Shown: positions 16,004-23,305 of the stretch, one piece after another
Layout: each line of letters begins with the position of its first letter
How positions within the stretch are numbered: the first letter of the stretch is position 1
From: Burkholderiales bacterium
GTDB taxonomy: Bacteria > Pseudomonadota > Gammaproteobacteria > Burkholderiales > SG8-39
Assembly: GCA_036374055.1 (NCBI GenBank)
Contig: DASUUN010000078.1
Span: 1-39,328 of the forward strand
DNA length: 39,328 bases
Reading direction: 5' to 3'
Position numbers and translations under genes: made by a program
Notes under the pieces: model-generated
What the model was told of the DNA's origin: nothing
Databases searched by the model: none
The model's input: the letters and a program-made list of their open reading frames with translations, nothing else

Positions 16004-16486
16004 TCAACGCTTCTGGCTGGTGCGCAGGTCCGGCGGCAGCTGCACCATCGCCTGCTGGGTGTCGAACAGCGCCTGGTTCGCCTGCTGCATGGCTTCGTTG
16101 CGCCGCGGTCCGGCAGGCTGCTTCGCCATCGCCTGCACTGCATCGCGCAGGCGCTGCGCCGCCTCCTGCAGTCGCTCCATCGACTTCGTGTAATTGGGCT
16201 CGGTGCCCGCCCCCATGCGCAGCTCCGGCGGCAGGTCGATCATGGCGCGCTGCGTCTCCACGATGGCTTCGCGGGCTTCGTCTGCTGCGGCATTGCGCCG
16301 CTCACCGGCGGGCTGCTGCGCCATCGCCTGCACCGCCTCACGCAGCTTCTGCGCCGCCTGCTGCAGGCGTACCATCGACTCGCCGTAGTTGGTGGGCGCA
16401 GTTGCGCCGCTGCTTTGCGCGGATGCCGCTCCTGCGCCGCCCAGGAAAGCAGCCGCCACCACGCTAACCAAGAATTTGCGATCCAT
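16004..16486 (-). CDS. periplasmic all-helical protein with two ~58-aa tandem repeats (unknown family)
   Basis: GAGGAGG RBS and signal peptide MDRKFLVSVVAAAFLGGAGAASA. The repeats are NYGESMVRLQQAAQKLREAVQAMAQQPAG...LPPELR and NYTKSMERLQEAAQRLRDAVQAMAKQPAG...LPPDLR. Confidence 0.7.
   Translation of the reverse strand: MDRKFLVSVVAAAFLGGAGAASAQSSGATAPTNYGESMVRLQQAAQKLREAVQAMAQQPAGERRNAAADEAREAIVETQRAMIDLPPELRMGAGTEPNYTKSMERLQEAAQRLRDAVQAMAKQPAGPRRNEAMQQANQALFDTQQAMVQLPPDLRTSQKR
16025..16390 (-). repeat. in-frame tandem duplication (2 x ~174 nt, period 192 nt) inside gene 16004..16486
   Basis: Repeat units at about 16217-16390 and 16025-16198 encode clearly related peptide units. Confidence 0.7.
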
Positions 16487-16516
16487 AGGACCTCCTCGTG
16501 TAAATGGCGCCTGCCG

Positions 16517-16532
16517 TGCAAAGGCCGTTCCG
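16517..16532 (-). promoter_or_regulatory. sigma-54-type promoter CGGAACGGCCTTTGCA for gene 16486(-)
   Basis: GG-N10-GC spacing with a perfect TTGCA -12 element. The predicted TSS is near 16506, giving a 20-nt leader with GAGGAGG. Confidence 0.55.
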
Positions 16533-16547
16533 GGCACGGCCGTTGCA
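16532..16547 (+). promoter_or_regulatory. sigma-54-type promoter GGGCACGGCCGTTGCA for the PRC-barrel operon
   Basis: Matches GGCACG-N4-TTGCA. Its -24 element shares G16532 with the divergent promoter. GTG 16559 lies exactly 13 nt after the -12 C. Confidence 0.65.
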
Positions 16548-16558
16548 CCGGGGACGGC

Positions 16559-17773
16559 GTGCAGCCCGTGAACAACTTTCTCTTTGCATCTTTTCGCGCC
16601 GGCGCGCTTATCGGGACGCTGCTGCTGGCGTGCGGCGCGCAGGCGGCGCCGGTAAGCGCAGGCGCGCTGCTGGGTGCCCGCGTGGCCGACGCTGAAGGCG
16701 CGCAGCTCGGGACGATTCACGACCTTGCAGTGGACGTCGCTGCCGGTTACGTGCGCTATGCGATCGTCGAAAAAGCCGAGACCAGCCGTAACCAGCGCGA
16801 AGTGCGCGCCGCACCGATCACCGCGCTGCGGCCCGGGCTTGCGCGCGGCCAGCTGGTGCTGGAGTCGCGCACTCAGGTTCCGCCGGGCAATGCCGGCGGC
16901 TACCTCATGCGGGCCAAAGCGATCCTCGGCAGGCCGATCGATCATCCGACCGGCGCCGATTACGGAACCATCCGCGACGTCTTCTTCGAGCTGGAAAGCG
17001 GGCGCGTGCTGCACGCCGAGGTTTCCCTGGAGGCGGCAGCGAACGGCGTAAAGCGCAAGGTGCCATTCGATGCGCTGCGTTTTCCGCCGGCCCAGCCCAA
17101 CGCCATCCTGACGCTCGGGTCCGCCACCCTGCCGGCAAGCCAGCTGATCGGCATGGAGGTGCGCAACCGGGATGCCGGCACCAAAGGCCGCATCGACGAG
17201 CTGGTGGTGGACTTGCATAACAGCCGCGTGCACTACGTCGTGCTCGACATGGAGCACCGGTTGATCACCGAGCCCCTCGAGCGACTATCGTTTACGCCGG
17301 GCAGGCAATACGCCGTATTGCCGAACGCGACCCGCGGCATCGCAGAGCCGCGCGCCGGAATGACGCTGGCACGCGCGAGCGAGCTGATCGGCTGGGAGTT
17401 CGAGAACGAGCCCGGCGTCGACTTGGGCGTCATCAGCGATCTTTCCATCGACCCGCAAACCGGCAGGGTTTCGCACGCGCTCGTGCGGCTGCACGAGGCG
17501 CCGGGCCGTATGCAGCGGCTCGAGCTCAGCCGATTTTCGATGTCGCCGTGGCGCGAGAACCTGGTGCTCGCCGAGCCCTCCGCCGCCGCCGGCGCCACCA
17601 CACCCGCCGGCGGCGTCAATCTCTTCGAGCGGCTCGATCGCGACGGCAATGGTTTTATCGAGGATTCCGAGCTCGATAGCGGTATCGTCGGCCGCAGAAA
17701 CTGGATCGCCGTCGACCTCGATCGCGATGACCGGATCAGTCGGGACGAGTTCACCGCCATGCGCACGCAATGA
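16559..17773 (+). CDS. secreted protein with four PRC-barrel domains and a C-terminal EF-hand pair
   Basis: Signal peptide FRAGALIGTLLLACGAQA. Four units of type LLGARVADAEGAQLGTIHDLAVDVAAGYVRYAIV. EF loops DRDGNGFIEDSE and DLDRDDRISRDE. GTG 16559 chosen, with GTG 16568 as the alternative. Confidence 0.75.
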   Translation: MQPVNNFLFASFRAGALIGTLLLACGAQAAPVSAGALLGARVADAEGAQLGTIHDLAVDVAAGYVRYAIVEKAETSRNQREVRAAPITALRPGLARGQLVLESRTQVPPGNAGGYLMRAKAILGRPIDHPTGADYGTIRDVFFELESGRVLHAEVSLEAAANGVKRKVPFDALRFPPAQPNAILTLGSATLPASQLIGMEVRNRDAGTKGRIDELVVDLHNSRVHYVVLDMEHRLITEPLERLSFTPGRQYAVLPNATRGIAEPRAGMTLARASELIGWEFENEPGVDLGVISDLSIDPQTGRVSHALVRLHEAPGRMQRLELSRFSMSPWRENLVLAEPSAAAGATTPAGGVNLFERLDRDGNGFIEDSELDSGIVGRRNWIAVDLDRDDRISRDEFTAMRTQ

Positions 17774-18321
17774 AGCTGATCCTCGTGCTCCTGGCGGGTG
17801 CCCTGCTCGCTCCCGCCGCGCCCTTGCACGCCGACAACAAGGCGCAGGTACGCGCAACGGAGCTTTTCGGCAGCCGGCTCATAGACAAGGGTGGCGAGGC
17901 GCTCGGCGAAATCGGCGACCTGGTGTTCGACGCGCGCAACGGGGCGCTGCGCTCGGTGGTGGTCGACGGCGTTGCTTTGCCGGTGAGCCGGCTGCTGCCC
18001 GAGGCGGGCGGCCGGCGCTACATCCTGACGGAGCCCGACGACACCCGCCCGACCGCCTTTGCCGAGCCCCGCTGGCCTTCGATGCGCGCAAGCCGCCTGG
18101 TCAGCCATGAGGTAGTCGACCGCCTGCACCGCGATTTCGGCGAGATTCGGGACGTCCTGGTGGATCTCGACCGACGCCGGGTGGGCGGAGTGATCATCGA
18201 TCGCAGAGACGACTGGCAGGCCGGACAGGCGCTGGTCACCGTCCCTGTCGAGGCGCTGTCGCTGCCGCGCGATCTGGGCGACAAGGTGGCGCTCAACTAC
18301 TCCCGCGAGCGCCTCGAATAG
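17770..18321 (+). CDS. secreted PRC-barrel protein (2 barrels)
   Basis: ATGA start/stop overlap with the upstream gene. Signal peptide MKLILVLLAGALLAPAAPLHA. Barrel units LFGSRLIDKGGEALGEIGDLVFDARNGALRSVVV and LVSHEVVDRLHRDFGEIRDVLVDLDRRRVGGVII. Confidence 0.75.
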   Translation: MKLILVLLAGALLAPAAPLHADNKAQVRATELFGSRLIDKGGEALGEIGDLVFDARNGALRSVVVDGVALPVSRLLPEAGGRRYILTEPDDTRPTAFAEPRWPSMRASRLVSHEVVDRLHRDFGEIRDVLVDLDRRRVGGVIIDRRDDWQAGQALVTVPVEALSLPRDLGDKVALNYSRERLE

Positions 18322-18322
18322 C

Positions 18323-18338
18323 GGGCCCGCCGATTGCA
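18323..18338 (+). promoter_or_regulatory. sigma-54-like element GGGCCCGCCGATTGCA upstream of DegQ-2 (internal promoter candidate)
   Basis: GG-N10-GC spacing with a perfect TTGCA -12 element; the -24 lacks the A of GGCAC. The predicted TSS is near 18349, 26 nt before ATG 18375. Confidence 0.4.
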
Positions 18339-18374
18339 TCGAGCTTCTCCGTCCCGATCCCCAAAGGCCCCGCC

Positions 18375-19811
18375 ATGAAAGTCCTCGCCTTCGTTCTAGC
18401 GGCCGTGCTGGCCGCGCCCGCCGCCGCCCAGGCTCAATCCCCGTCACAGGGCGCCACCGCGCCAACCCGGGAGGCCAACCTTCCGGATTTCACCGCGCTC
18501 GTGAAAAAGCAGGGACCGGCGGTCGTCAACGTAATCACTACACGCGCCGCTGCCCAAGGCGGGCCGGCGGGGCTGTCGCCCGATGATCCGTTCTACGAGT
18601 TCTTCCGCCGGTTCATGCCCGAAATGCCGGAAGGCGGGCCGCCGGGGCAGGGCGAAGGGCCGGGCGGCCAGGGCATCGGCTCGGGGTTCATCATCAGCCC
18701 GGACGGCTACATCCTCACCAACGCGCACGTCGTGGCCGGTTCGAAGGAAGTGACGGTGCGCATGGCCGACGCCAAGCGCGAGTTCAAGGCGCAAGTGGTG
18801 GGCACGGACGAGCGCACCGACGTGGCGCTGCTCAAGGTGGATCAGGACAACCTGCCGGTGGTGAAGCTCGGCAAGTCCAGCACGCTGGAGCCTGGCCAAT
18901 GGGTCGCGGCCATCGGCTCGCCGTTCGGATTCGCTAACACCATCACGGCCGGCATCGTCAGCGCCACCGAGCGCGCGCTGCCCGCGGAGACCTACCTGCC
19001 GTTCATCCAGACCGACGTGGCCGTGAATCCCGGCAACTCCGGAGGGCCGCTGCTCAACCTCGACGGCGAAGTGGTCGGCATCAACTCCATGATCTACAGC
19101 CGCACCGGCGGCTACATGGGCGTGTCCTTCGCCATCCCCATCGAAGAGGCGCTCGATGTCTCCAAGCAGCTGCGCGAGCACGGCAAGGTGACGCGCGGCC
19201 GCCTGGGCATCGGCATCCAGCCGGTCACCAAGGAGCTGGCGCAGTCCTTCAAGCTGGATTCCGCCAATGGCGTGGTGGTGGTGCAGGTCGAGCCGGGCAG
19301 CCCGGCGGAAAAGGCCGGCCTGCAAGTCGGCGACGTGATTCTCAGCTACAACGGCAAGACGATCGAAGAAGGCAACATGCTGCCGCGCCTGGTGGGCAAC
19401 ACCAAGCCCGGCCAGCAGGCGAAGCTCGAGATCTGGCGCAAAGGCGAACGCCAGACCGTGACCACGACGGTCGGCGAGCTCCAGCCACGGGCGGAACAAG
19501 CGGCGGCCGGCAAGGCACCCTCGGACGACAAGCCCAGCAAGCTCGGCCTTTCCGTGCGCGAGCTCGCGCCGGACGAGCGCAAGAAGCTCGGGGTCGAGTT
19601 CGGCGTGGTCGTCACCGACATCGCCCAGGGCGCCGCCGCGGCGCGCACGCCGATCCGGCGCGGCGACGTCATCGTGGCGGTCAACCAGGCGCGCTTCAAG
19701 AGCATCGAGGAGTTCAACAAGCTGATCGAGGCGCAGAAGAAAGGCGAGACCGTGGCGCTGCTCGTGCGTCGTGGCGAGGGTGCCATCTATGTCCCCATGG
19801 AAGTGGGGTAG
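18375..19811 (+). CDS. DegQ/MucD-family periplasmic serine endoprotease (HtrA), second copy
   Basis: Signal peptide MKVLAFVLAAVLAAPAAAQA. Catalytic motifs TNAHVV, DVALLKV and GNSGGPL. Two PDZ segments. By eye roughly 60% identical to the 13732 copy across the protease core. Confidence 0.9.
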   Translation: MKVLAFVLAAVLAAPAAAQAQSPSQGATAPTREANLPDFTALVKKQGPAVVNVITTRAAAQGGPAGLSPDDPFYEFFRRFMPEMPEGGPPGQGEGPGGQGIGSGFIISPDGYILTNAHVVAGSKEVTVRMADAKREFKAQVVGTDERTDVALLKVDQDNLPVVKLGKSSTLEPGQWVAAIGSPFGFANTITAGIVSATERALPAETYLPFIQTDVAVNPGNSGGPLLNLDGEVVGINSMIYSRTGGYMGVSFAIPIEEALDVSKQLREHGKVTRGRLGIGIQPVTKELAQSFKLDSANGVVVVQVEPGSPAEKAGLQVGDVILSYNGKTIEEGNMLPRLVGNTKPGQQAKLEIWRKGERQTVTTTVGELQPRAEQAAAGKAPSDDKPSKLGLSVRELAPDERKKLGVEFGVVVTDIAQGAAAARTPIRRGDVIVAVNQARFKSIEEFNKLIEAQKKGETVALLVRRGEGAIYVPMEVG

Positions 19812-20415
19812 CGTGCTGGCGGCGCTCCTCGCGCCGCCCATCGCGCTCGCCGCCGGGTGGATCCGGATGCCGGCGAGCGAGCTGCTCGGCAAGCCGGTGA
19901 TCGACATGCAAGGCGACCGGCTCGGCCGGGTACAGGACCTCGTGGTTGACGTGCGCAATTCGCGGGTGAGCTACGCGATCGTAGGCTTCAACGGCTGGGG
20001 GACGTTGGGCGAAGAGCTGTTCCCCGTCCCGCTGAAATCGCTGGCGCCCGAGCCGGGCGGCTCGCGCGTGACGCTGCAGGTGGCTCCACGCACGCTGCGC
20101 GATGGCGCCTCGATCGACGCGCAAAGCGAGCCGCGGCTGCCGGCCGATGCGCCCCTCAAGCAACACGTACGCGCGAGCGAGCTCGTTGGCCGCCGCGTCA
20201 GCGACCGCACCGGCACGCATGCCGGCGAGATCGAGGAGGCGGTGATCGACATGAACAGCGGGCTCGTGCTTTTCCTCCTGTTCGACTACGACGAGGCCTG
20301 GGGGCTCGATCAGCCGGCGCTGCGCATGGCGCCGCAGGCCTTCAGCTTCCCGGCCGATGGCGGCCCTGCCGTCGTCAACGTGGCGCGCGAGCGCCTTGAA
20401 GACCCCGGTCGCTAG
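19789..20415 (+). CDS. secreted PRC-barrel protein (2 barrels)
   Basis: ATG 19789 overlaps the DegQ-2 3' end by 23 nt. Signal-like MSPWKWGSVLAALLAPPIALAAG. Barrel units LLGKPVIDMQGDRLGRVQDLVVDVRNSRVSYAIV and LVGRRVSDRTGTHAGEIEEAVIDMNSGLVLFLLF. Confidence 0.7.
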   Translation: MSPWKWGSVLAALLAPPIALAAGWIRMPASELLGKPVIDMQGDRLGRVQDLVVDVRNSRVSYAIVGFNGWGTLGEELFPVPLKSLAPEPGGSRVTLQVAPRTLRDGASIDAQSEPRLPADAPLKQHVRASELVGRRVSDRTGTHAGEIEEAVIDMNSGLVLFLLFDYDEAWGLDQPALRMAPQAFSFPADGGPAVVNVARERLEDPGR

Positions 20416-20577
20416 CGTCGCCGCCGCTCGTATCGCCGCCGGCGAGCGGCGGCATGCCACGAAGCGGGCGTAGAACACCGCGATGAGCTGAAAGCCGAAC
20501 AGCGCCTGGATGCCCGGCAGCACCATGCGGCACTCTTCCAGGAGATGACTGGTGGCGGCATCGATCGCCGACCGCAC
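20416..20577 (-). pseudogene. possible 5' remnant of a DUF6328-type membrane protein gene
   Basis: The translation SHLLEECRMVLPGIQALFGFQLIAVFYARF resembles the conserved first TM region of DUF6328 proteins as I recall it. The rest of the family is missing, and the frame runs on as antisense of the PRC gene. Confidence 0.3.
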
Positions 20578-20613
20578 CGCAACTCCCGTGCCGGCCGCGG
20601 CCGCGGCTCCAAG

Positions 20614-20629
20614 GGGAACGCAGCTTGCG
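20614..20629 (+). promoter_or_regulatory. sigma-54-type element GGGAACGCAGCTTGCG upstream of small ORF 20655
   Basis: GG-N10-GC spacing with TTGC. The predicted TSS is near 20640, followed by GGAGGA (20643-20648) and GTG 20655. Confidence 0.45.
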
Positions 20630-20654
20630 GTGTGCCGTATTTGGAGGAAGCGTC

Positions 20655-20882
20655 GTGCTGCGATTGCGCTCATTAGGACCCGGCGATCTTTTCATCGTCC
20701 CGGAGGGCGAGCAGGGATGCTGGGCGAGCTTTTTCTCCGGCAAGGAATACCGCCCGCCCGGGGTGCAGTTCACCGGGCGCACGTATATCGAGTCCTTCGA
20801 GCCGAAGGCTCAGGCGGTGGTGGAGCCGCCGCTGCAGCAGGTGGCGGCGCGCGGTTCCTCAAGCAGGCCGAAAGCCTGGTGA
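20655..20882 (+). CDS. small hypothetical protein (75 aa) with cupin-like strand motif
   Basis: GTG start 6 nt after GGAGGA. LGPGDLFIVPEGEQGCW resembles the C-terminal strands of small cupins. GC3 is only moderately high. Confidence 0.4.
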   Translation: MLRLRSLGPGDLFIVPEGEQGCWASFFSGKEYRPPGVQFTGRTYIESFEPKAQAVVEPPLQQVAARGSSSRPKAW

Positions 20883-20952
20883 ACCGGCGATCGGCTTCCA
20901 TCACGAGGTGCGGTCCTTCAAGCTGTTCTGCGCAGAAAAGGAGTAGCGAATC

Positions 20953-22755
20953 ATGGCGAAAACCACGGTGGGAGATTTTCTGCTGGCGCGCCTCGCGCAA
21001 TGGGGCGTGCGGCGCGTCTACGGTTATCCGGGCGACGGCATCAACGGCATCATGGGCGCCTTCGGGCGCGCCGAGGGAACGCCCGCGGGCAAGCTGCAGT
21101 TCGTGCAGGCGCGCCACGAGGAACTCGCCGCCTTCATGGCCTGCGCCCACGCCAAGTTCACGGGCGAGGTGGGGGTGTGCCTTGCGACCTCGGGCCCGGG
21201 CGCGATCCACCTGCTGAACGGGCTGTACGACGCGAAGCTCGACCACCAGCCGGTGCTCGCCATCATCGGCCAGCAGAAGCGCGCCGCCATGGGCGGCGAC
21301 TACCAGCAGGAAGTCGACCTGATGACGCTCTTCAAGGACGTGGCGCACGAGTACGTGCACACGGCGATGAACCCGGCGCAGGTGCGCCACCTGGTCGACC
21401 GCGCGATGCGCATCGCCATGGACCGGCGCACCGTCACCTGCCTCATCTTCCCGAACGACGTGCAGGAGCTCGACGCGGTCAAGGTCCCGCCACACAAGCA
21501 CGGCACGGTCCACACCGGCATCGGCTACACCGCGGCCGCGGGCGCGCCCAACGCCCACGAGCTGAAGCACGCCGCCGAAGTGCTCAATGCCGGCAAGCGC
21601 GTGGCGATCCTCGTGGGCGCCGGGGCGCTGCACGCGACCGATGAGGTCATGGAAGTCGCGGAGCTCCTCGGCGCCGGCGTGGCCAAGGCCCTGCTCGGCA
21701 AGGCCGCGCTGCCCGACGAGCTGCCGTACGTGACCGGCTCCATCGGCCTGCTCGGCACTACGCCGAGCTGGGAAATGATGACCGGTTGCGACACGCTGCT
21801 CATGGTGGGCTCGGGATTCCCGTATTCCGAATTCCTGCCGGAGGAAGGCCAGGCGCGCGGCGTGCAGATCGACATCGACGGGCGCATGCTCAGCCTACGC
21901 TACCCGATGGACGTGAATCTCGTCGGCGACAGCAAGGAGACGCTGCGCGCGCTGATGCCTTTCCTCATGAAAAAGACCGACCGGCAGTGGCGCAGCGGGA
22001 TCGAGGCGAGCGTGGCCCGCTGGTGGCAGGTGCTCGAAGCGCGCGCCATGAACGAAGCAAAGCCGATCAACCCCCAGCGCGTATTCTGGGAGCTCTCGCC
22101 GCGGCTGCCGGACAACTGCATCCTTACCTGTGATTCCGGCTCCGCCGCCAACTGGTATGCGCGCGACCTGAAGATCCGGCGCGGCATGATGGCATCGCTT
22201 TCGGGCGGCCTGGCCACCATGGGCCCCGCGGTGCCCTACGCCATCGCGGCGAAGTACGCGCATCCCGAGCGCCCGGTGATCGCGCTGCTCGGCGACGGCG
22301 CCATGCAGATGAACGGCATGAACGGCCTCATCACCATCGCCAAGATCTGGAAGGAATGGCGCGATCCGCGCCTCACCGTGATGATGCTGAACAACGGCGA
22401 CCTGAACCAGGTGACCTGGGAGCAGCGCGCGATGCAGGGCGACCCGAAGTTCGAAACCTCGCAGGTGGTACCGGATTTCCCGTATGCGGAATACGCGCGC
22501 CTGCTCGGCCTGGGCGGCATCCGGGTCGAGCGGCCGGAGGATATCGGGCCCGCCTGGGAGCGCGCGCTCGCCGCCGACAAGCCCACGGTGCTGGAGATGG
22601 TCACGGACCCCAACGTGCCGCCGCTGCCGCCGCACATCACTTTCGAGCAGGCCAAGGCCTACCTTTCGGCGCTCATCAAGCGCGACCCGGATTCGGTGCG
22701 CATGGTGACCGCCTCGGCCAAGGAATGGTGGGACGGCGTCAGGCCGCGAAGGTGA
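20953..22755 (+). CDS. thiamine pyrophosphate-dependent enzyme, pyruvate oxidase/pyruvate dehydrogenase (quinone)-like
   Basis: TPP N-domain GYPGDGINGIM...ATSGPGAIHLLNGLYDA and TPP-binding motif LLGDGAMQMNG...NNGDLN. 600 aa. Confidence 0.85.
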   Translation: MAKTTVGDFLLARLAQWGVRRVYGYPGDGINGIMGAFGRAEGTPAGKLQFVQARHEELAAFMACAHAKFTGEVGVCLATSGPGAIHLLNGLYDAKLDHQPVLAIIGQQKRAAMGGDYQQEVDLMTLFKDVAHEYVHTAMNPAQVRHLVDRAMRIAMDRRTVTCLIFPNDVQELDAVKVPPHKHGTVHTGIGYTAAAGAPNAHELKHAAEVLNAGKRVAILVGAGALHATDEVMEVAELLGAGVAKALLGKAALPDELPYVTGSIGLLGTTPSWEMMTGCDTLLMVGSGFPYSEFLPEEGQARGVQIDIDGRMLSLRYPMDVNLVGDSKETLRALMPFLMKKTDRQWRSGIEASVARWWQVLEARAMNEAKPINPQRVFWELSPRLPDNCILTCDSGSAANWYARDLKIRRGMMASLSGGLATMGPAVPYAIAAKYAHPERPVIALLGDGAMQMNGMNGLITIAKIWKEWRDPRLTVMMLNNGDLNQVTWEQRAMQGDPKFETSQVVPDFPYAEYARLLGLGGIRVERPEDIGPAWERALAADKPTVLEMVTDPNVPPLPPHITFEQAKAYLSALIKRDPDSVRMVTASAKEWWDGVRPRR

Positions 22756-22770
22756 GCCAATAAGCGGATG

Positions 22771-22803
22771 GCCGCCCGAGGGCTGCAGAGCCCTCAGGGC
22801 GGC
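22771..22803. terminator. GC-rich hairpin between convergent genes
   Basis: GCCGCCCGAGGGCT-GCAG-AGCCCTCAGGGCGGC with one bulge, starting 16 nt after the TPP enzyme stop. It includes the stop codon of the minus-strand gene. Confidence 0.5.
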
Positions 22804-23216
22804 AGGCGGCTCGCGATCACCGCGCGAAAGCGCTCGGCCGCGGCCTCCCAGCCGTAACGTGCGTGCCATTCGGGCAGATCGATGAGGTCGAGCTGCGTCA
22901 GTTCCCTGCACGCCCGGTGCACGGCCGCCATCGCCGCCGGATTCAGGCAGCTCGGCAGGAACCGGCAGCAGTGGAATGGAAGGTCGCGGGTCGCGGGGTT
23001 GCTCTTCACCTTGTCGAGCAGCACCGGCATCAGCGAGTCGTCGAAGTGCAGCCCGGCCACGATCGCATGGATGCCGCCTTGCGCGAGGCGCACGAGCGCT
23101 TCCTCGATGGTGAAGACGTAGTGAAGCTCGGCGAACCCGTCCAGGCACCGGGCGACGATGTGGCTGGACTTCCGGCTGGCCGCCACAAGGATGCAGGGCT
23201 TTGCTGAGTGGCCCAC
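22794..23216 (-). CDS. CheY-like pseudo-receiver protein (phospho-acceptor position not Asp)
   Basis: The receiver-like pattern CILVAAS...IHAIVAGLHFDDSLMPVLLDKVK has Gly where the acceptor Asp is expected. GTG 23216 is preferred. The longer form, starting at ATG 23291, would contain both divergent promoters and sit 14 nt from the neighbour's ATG. Confidence 0.5.
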   Translation of the reverse strand: MGHSAKPCILVAASRKSSHIVARCLDGFAELHYVFTIEEALVRLAQGGIHAIVAGLHFDDSLMPVLLDKVKSNPATRDLPFHCCRFLPSCLNPAAMAAVHRACRELTQLDLIDLPEWHARYGWEAAAERFRAVIASRLPP

Positions 23217-23226
23217 CACCAGGCGT

Positions 23227-23242
23227 TGCACGCGTTGTGCCC
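23227..23242 (-). promoter_or_regulatory. sigma-54-type promoter GGGCACAACGCGTGCA for the pseudo-receiver gene
   Basis: GGCAC -24 and GTGCA -12 elements. GTG 23216 lies 12 nt after the -12 C. Confidence 0.5.
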
Positions 23243-23256
23243 GGGCGGACGGCGCA

Positions 23257-23272
23257 TGGCACGCGCTTTGCG
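23257..23272 (+). promoter_or_regulatory. sigma-54 promoter TGGCACGCGCTTTGCG for the EF-hand/PG-binding gene
   Basis: Full consensus TGGCAC-N5-TTGC. The predicted TSS is near 23283, giving a 23-nt leader with AAGGAGG 6 nt before ATG 23306. Confidence 0.75.
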
Positions 23273-23305
23273 AGTTCTTCCGCAAATCCATCAAGGAGGT
23301 CTTAT

